The notes beneath the pieces were generated by a model that saw only the letters and a list, made by a program, of their open reading frames with translations, had not been told where the DNA came from and ran no database searches. A stretch of DNA of 11,627 bases from Chloroflexota bacterium (GTDB taxonomy: Bacteria > Chloroflexota > Dehalococcoidia > UBA2979): NCBI GenBank assembly GCA_027593235.1, contig JAQCIU010000063.1, forward strand, positions 1 to 11,627, read 5' to 3'. A program made the translations under genes and the position numbers. This document shows, in pieces, positions 7,097 to 11,627 of the stretch. The stretch's first letter is position 1. Every line of letters begins with the position of its first letter.

Positions 7097-8128
7097 ATGG
7101 ACAGTCGACGAGTCGCCGAGGTGCGTGACCGACCGATCCGCGAGGTGCGGATCGAGCCATACGCCTCGGAAGACGGCGAGCCTCGAAGGAATGCGGTGCC
7201 GCTGAAGGCGAGTGGGACGAAGCCACCGCTGTTCATGCTGCCGGGCGAAGTGGGGCAGGTGTTCCACTTCAAGCGGGTCGCCGAGCGACTCCGCGAGGAC
7301 ATCCCGTTGATCGGTATGGAGGCGCCCGGCCTCTACGGCGATCAAGAACCGTTCGAGGACATCGACGAGCTGGCGGCGCACTTCATCCGTGAGATGCGCC
7401 GGATCCAACCGGAAGGGCCCTACCTGATCGGTGGGTTCTCGGCCGGGGTGATCACCGCCTACGCGATGGGGGTGCAACTCGAGGCCGCAGGCGAACGTGC
7501 CCACCTGGTGATGTTCGACTACGGGCCGGAGTTCAACGAGGCGCGGACGGGGCTCTGGGCGAAGCTGATGGGTCCGCTGCACGAGTGGCGGTTCCACTGG
7601 TTGAACTACCAGGGTATGGAGGGCCAGCGCCGCGAGGCCTATCGCCGCGGGGTGATCACCCAGCAGATCCGACGCAAGTCAAAGTGGATCGGGATGAGCC
7701 CGAACGGCTAATTTTACCAGAAGTGGACGGCGCGTCACACGAGCGCGGATCCGAAGCGGACCGAGTTACCGGGGCACGGCACGGTTCGCGAGGGATTGCG
7801 AACCGGACGACGGAAATGGGAGTGGGGCGATCGCGTCTTCCATCAGCCGTTCACGCTGTTCCGGGCAAAGATTCAGCGGCCGTGGAGCATCCGGAACCCA
7901 ACGCACGGGTTCGACCCGGTGACGGCGCCGGGCGGTATCACCGTCTGCGATGTCCCCGGGATGCACGAGTACATGTTCCTGGAACCGCACCTCTTCACGC
8001 TGATTCCGGAGCTGGAGGATTGGGTCGATCGGGTGACGGCGGAGTTGCCGCCGGTATCTCGAGTACCCGGGGTGGCTCCGGTATCCGAGGCGGCGGCTGC
8101 CTCGGAAGGGGCGAGCGCGCGGGCGTAG
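7097..8128 (+). pseudogene. Thioesterase-domain (alpha/beta hydrolase) gene interrupted by an in-frame TAA at 7709-7711
   Basis: ORFs 7067..7711 and 7796..8128 are in the same frame and are separated only by one TAA. The upstream part has VPLKASGTKPPLF, QPEGPYLIGGFSAGV (GxSxG) and HLVMFD. The downstream part has FTLFRA and VPGMHEYMFLEPH (putative catalytic His). Confidence 0.8.
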
Positions 8129-8572
8129 CCGCCCGACGGCGGGCCTCGGGTGCTGCGGTCTCGCGGGGTTGCGGAGCGCCGGTGCGGTTGGGAGCAGCGT
8201 CCGGTTGCCCGGCGCCAAATGGGGCAACTGATCTCGCCGGGCGCTGCCGGACGAGCCGCCGTTTATCGGAGTCAACCGCCCCGCGATGAATCCGGCGTCG
8301 TTGAAGGTGAGATGGGGCGATCGTCTACGCGATCGCGCCCGGCGCTCCGACTCGACGAGCGACTAGGCGTGTAACCGTCTATCGGGCGAGCGGCAGGTTG
8401 TCGCCGATGGATCCTAATTCGTGTGCTGAATTCGTGTTCTGACGAGTCGAACGATCTCGCGCTGCGCGACCAGTCGCCAGCTCAAACCACTTGCGTATGT
8501 AGCGCGACAAGACGGCGTGCGGCTTCGTCGTGCAAATCCGCGATATCGCGGACGGAGTGGTCATGGAGGCGA

Positions 8573-8602
8573 TGGTCGCCGGGTTGAAGCACCGGACGAC
8601 CA
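8573..8602 (-). terminator. Stem-loop 17 nt downstream of the small secreted protein stop codon
   Basis: Minus strand TGGTCG-T-CCGG-TGCTTCAAC-CCGG-CGACCA forms a 10-bp stem with one bulge. No U-tract. Confidence 0.45.
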
Positions 8603-8619
8603 CCGCGTCGAGTCGTGTC

Positions 8620-8952
8620 TCAGTCGAGAGCGGCTGCGCAGGCAGCGATGTTGTCTACATTTCCGCCGACCGTCTTGTCGACGATGACCGGTGACACGCC
8701 ATTCTTGTTCAGCGGGCCATCCGGACCGCCTGCACCTTGATGCACGTTCACATGGAAGCGGTGGTAGCCACCATTCTGATCCAGTGCGATTGCGGTCTGC
8801 CCCCTGGCGATGTTCTCAACGCAAGTACCGGGGGTTACGAGGAAATGGTCGTGGCTTGCACTGGCCGTCCCGCTATCGAGTGCGAGGCCACCACCGATTC
8901 CGCCAAGAACCATCGCAAGCCCGAACCCACCAGACAACAACTTCCTTCTCAT
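8620..8952 (-). CDS. Small secreted hypothetical protein (110 aa), His-rich with two Cys
   Basis: GGAGG RBS 7 nt before the ATG. N-terminus MRRKLL, then a Gly-rich hydrophobic stretch and an ASA cleavage-like site. The composition is protein-like and a hairpin lies downstream. Confidence 0.75.
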   Translation of the reverse strand: MRRKLLSGGFGLAMVLGGIGGGLALDSGTASASHDHFLVTPGTCVENIARGQTAIALDQNGGYHRFHVNVHQGAGGPDGPLNKNGVSPVIVDKTVGGNVDNIAACAAALD

Positions 8953-9317
8953 TGGTTCGCCTCCCGAGTTCCGTTGCTGGCAACTCCCACGTCCATGCGA
9001 TTGAGCGAGCTGTAGGTCGCGCCTCCTGCGCTCGTGGCAGCGTATGCCGAGATATCGGCCGATAGTCGGGGCGAGACTTGCCCCGGGCTGGCCCGATCCT
9101 CACGCCATGAGAACCTAGCCGGACGACACCGGCCTGCCGCGGCCGACGCGCGGAGAAGCCCGGCGCCGGCGAGCTGAGCTACCAGCGCGTTGAACAACAC
9201 TATGCGGTGAGCTCGGAACCCTCAGGCCCGGGAAGGTCATCGGGCGAGCATCGCTGGACGGCCACCAGGGGTTCGCGCAAGAAGCAGGCTCCAGCCACGC
9301 TCGCCTACGCGATGGCC

Positions 9318-10545
9318 TGCGGACTCAAGCGGTCATCGCAACAGCCTCGGCGAACTTCTCTGATGGTGTATGGAAGCCGAGCGTCTGTCGAGGGCGTCCG
9401 TTCAGCTCATCGGCCACGGCGTCGAGCTGCTCCTGGCTGACGTTCGCGAGGCTGGTGCCCTTCGGGAAGTACTGGCGGAGCAGCCCGTTGGTGTTCTCGT
9501 TCGAGCCCCGCTGCCAGGGACTGCTCGGATCACAGACGTAGATTTGCAGTCCGGTGTCGAGCGTGAACCGGGCGTGCTGCGCCATCTCCTTGCCCTGGTC
9601 CCAGGTCAGCGAGCAAACCAGCTGCTGTGGGATCGTGGCGATCCGCTCCTTCAGCGCGTCGAACACCGCCTCGGAGGTACGACCGTTCGGCAGCTGCACC
9701 AGCACCGTGAAGCGGCTGCTGCGCTCGACCAGCGTCGCGATTGCGCTGTTGGCCTTGCCGAGCAGCAGATCGCCCTCCCAGTGTCCGGGCACCGCTCGGT
9801 CCTCAGCCTCCGCTGGACGCTCGCTGATGTGGACCGCGTCGCGCAGCTGACCTTGCCCGTTCACCGTGTGCGGCGTGCGCGGACTGCGTACCTTCCGCCG
9901 CGAGCGGAGGTACTGCGTGAGCTCTTTGCGCAGCGTGCCGCGGGGCTGGATGAACATCGAGAGGTAGATCGTCTCGTGCGACACGCGGAACTCCCGGTCG
10001 CGGCAGGCGCGGGCGAGCCAGCCAGCAATCTGCTGCGGCGACCAGCGTAGTTGCAGCAGGGCTTCGACCGCGTGTCGCAGCTGAGGGTGGCTTCCGAGCT
10101 TGGTCGGCTTCGGTCGGCGGGCGCGTGCGAACGCCGCACGCTCGGCCTCGCTGGCGCGGTACTGGCCACGCCCACCGTTGCGCGTGACTTCGCGAGAGAC
10201 GGTTGATGGCGCACGCCGCAGCCGTCTCGCGATGCGGCGGCAGGAGTCGCCCGCCACCAGGCCGCGAGAGATCTCTTCTCGCTCAGCCATCGAGAGGCGG
10301 AGCTCCGAACGCCGCAGCTCCCGTGGCTGACGACCGCCGGTCGAGGCGATCAGACGCCGTAGCGTCCCTATGTCGCGTCCGCTACCACGACTGATCGAAC
10401 GCAGCGAATCCCCGCTCCCGTACCGCCGCCAGATCTCCGTCTGCTCTCGCTGGCTCAGCCCCGCGCGTCTCATCTCCATCACCCTCCTCGTCGCGAACAC
10501 TCCTGTTCGTTCGACGAGATGGTGCGTTGATCAGTTGAGACCACC
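9318..10545 (-). mobile_element. IS30-family insertion sequence, 1228 bp
   Basis: Imperfect 26-bp TIRs: TGCGGACTCAAGCGGTCATCGCAACA (9318-9343) versus the reverse complement of 10520-10545, GGTGGTCTCAACTGATCAACGCACCA, 18/26 identical. CC flanks both ends (9316-9317 and 10546-10547), consistent with the 2-bp duplication of IS30. The transposase stop lies inside one TIR. Confidence 0.9.
9325..10479 (-). CDS. IS30-family DDE transposase
   Basis: LSMAEREEI..IARRLRRAPSTVSREV (HTH), WSPQQIAG, VSHETIY, PGHWEGDLL (D), SLTWDQGKEMA (D) and SPWQRGSNENTNGLLRQYFPKG (E). The frame is intact. Start is probably ATG 10479 or 10473, after GGAGG. Confidence 0.96.
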   Translation of the reverse strand: MEMRRAGLSQREQTEIWRRYGSGDSLRSISRGSGRDIGTLRRLIASTGGRQPRELRRSELRLSMAEREEISRGLVAGDSCRRIARRLRRAPSTVSREVTRNGGRGQYRASEAERAAFARARRPKPTKLGSHPQLRHAVEALLQLRWSPQQIAGWLARACRDREFRVSHETIYLSMFIQPRGTLRKELTQYLRSRRKVRSPRTPHTVNGQGQLRDAVHISERPAEAEDRAVPGHWEGDLLLGKANSAIATLVERSSRFTVLVQLPNGRTSEAVFDALKERIATIPQQLVCSLTWDQGKEMAQHARFTLDTGLQIYVCDPSSPWQRGSNENTNGLLRQYFPKGTSLANVSQEQLDAVADELNGRPRQTLGFHTPSEKFAEAVAMTA

Positions 10546-10974
10546 CCAGTTCGTGTCGCTGATCGCCGGACCGCCAACCTGGATCACACCGCCATCGCCG
10601 CTCTGCGAGGAGCCGATCTCGATGCTTGCACCGGTCACGCGGCTGGCGTCGAGGCCCGCGAGGTTGAACGTGACGTTCAGATCGTCGTCGCCGTTCGATT
10701 CGCCTTTGTTGTCGTTCTCGACGATCGCGACGCCGCCGCCGGGCGCCATCGTCGCGCCGCTCGCGCTACACGCAGCGGGCGTGTCGTCGGTTTCGGTGGA
10801 GTTGGAACAGGACGCCGCTGAGGGAAGGAAGCTCACGGTCTCGGCGGCCGCGGAACCGCCACCAAGCAGGGTCAGGGTGACCGCCGCGATCAGCGCGAAG
10901 GCCAGTCCAGCGGCAATCAGGTGAGAGATTCGGGGGCGATCGGTAACAGAAGTCGGGGGTCCGACGGGGCTCAT
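10546..10974 (-). pseudogene. Secreted or surface protein gene truncated by IS30 after 143 codons
   Basis: ATG 10974 with GGAG upstream, a signal-peptide-like segment (LIAAGLAFALIAAVTLTLLGGGSAAA) and an acidic Gly/Asn/Asp-rich mature region. The last four residues (GGLN) and the stop (10531) come from the IS TIR. Confidence 0.72.
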
Positions 10975-11333
10975 CCGCGCTCCATTCGTGCCCCCGCCAT
11001 AATCTGTTGTACCGAAACCGCGGCCGTTCCGTCGACCGTCAATATTTCGGATACAGGCGGAGGGGAAGTGGTCGGGCGTCCATGCCCGGTAACGGTGGTG
11101 GGCCGCGTAACCACCCTAAAGACCAGTTACGACCTGCCGGATCGGGGTTCTCCCCAACCTTTTCCCCACGCTGTCCACAGTCAGCTGGCATTTCTGCGCT
11201 AAAGCCCCGCTTGTGTCCGATCTGTGAAGAACGCAGCCCTGACCGGGCGGCCTGACCGGCTGTTGCGTCGATGTTGTCTGTCGCGTTGATGATCGGGACT
11301 TGATCCCGCTTACCGGGTTATCATCCGTTTCTG

Positions 11334-11627
11334 ATGACTGAACCGCAGCCCGATCCCCAGCTGCAGGTGCTGTTCGACGCCTGCGAGCGCGCGCTCGCTG
11401 CGCGCGACTGGCCGCGCCTTGACGCCCTCGCCGCGCGCATTATCGAGGTCGATCCCAGCAACGAGGCCGCGCTGGGGCTCCGTGCCCTCGCCGCGCGCAA
11501 CATCGAGCTGCCCGAGACCCCGTCCGCGGCCGCCGCCGACGCCACACCCTCCCCAACGACCACGCCGCCAGCCGCCCAGCCAACCAACCACCCCAACCCC
11601 CGCTCCGCGCCCGGTGCCGCCGCCCGG
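11334..11627 (+). CDS. Hypothetical protein, N-terminal fragment with a TPR-like helical hairpin and Pro/Thr/Ala linker; runs off the window
   Basis: Translated by hand: MTEPQPDPQLQVLFDACERALAARDWPRLDALAARIIEVDPSNEAALGLRALAARNIELPETPSAAAADATPSPTTTPP. The frame is open to the end, GC3 is high in the first part, and DPxN is a TPR-type turn. No SD sequence; TATCAT lies 9 nt upstream. Confidence 0.7.
   Translation, partial: MTEPQPDPQLQVLFDACERALAARDWPRLDALAARIIEVDPSNEAALGLRALAARNIELPETPSAAAADATPSPTTTPPAAQPTNHPNPRSAPGAAAR

Noticed and set aside
7709-7711. Alternative genetic code or Sec/Pyl recoding
   Set aside because: The codon is TAA, and TAA serves as a normal stop for the DUF3179 and XRE genes in this window.
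8150-8603. Short ORFs 8150..8374 (+) and 8379..8603 (-)
   Set aside because: No clear RBS, motifs or coding-like composition.
8949-9317. ORF 8949..9200 or an EamA-like membrane protein remnant
   Set aside because: Only short hydrophobic fragments in different frames with stops. Too weak to annotate without a BLASTX search.
1-11627. CRISPR array, tRNA, rRNA, defence or toxin-antitoxin system
   Set aside because: No repeat-spacer periodicity or RNA-gene signature was seen. The XRE gene has no adjacent toxin-like partner.

Overview
High-GC (roughly 65-70%) bacterial chromosomal window. The protein styles suggest Chloroflexota (Dehalococcoidia/Tepidiformales-like), which is an inference only. 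Left to right it contains: the 5' part of a Tat-lipoprotein family-5 ABC substrate-binding protein (minus strand, missing from the ORF track); an AT-rich, repeat-dense regulatory region; a minus-strand cluster of DUF3179 lipoprotein, TlpA-like thioredoxin, aldo/keto reductase and XRE regulator; a divergent luciferase-like (LLM) oxidoreductase; a VanY/M15B D,D-carboxypeptidase lipoprotein; an orphan NRPS-type thioesterase interrupted by one in-frame TAA; a structured intergenic region; a small His-rich secreted protein; a complete IS30-family element (26-bp imperfect TIRs, 2-bp CC flanks) that truncates a secreted-protein gene; and the start of a TPR-like protein. I see no clear-cut novel multi-gene system. 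The best candidates for follow-up are the DUF3179/TlpA exported redox pair, the interrupted thioesterase, the His-rich small protein and the mismatched IS30 flanks.
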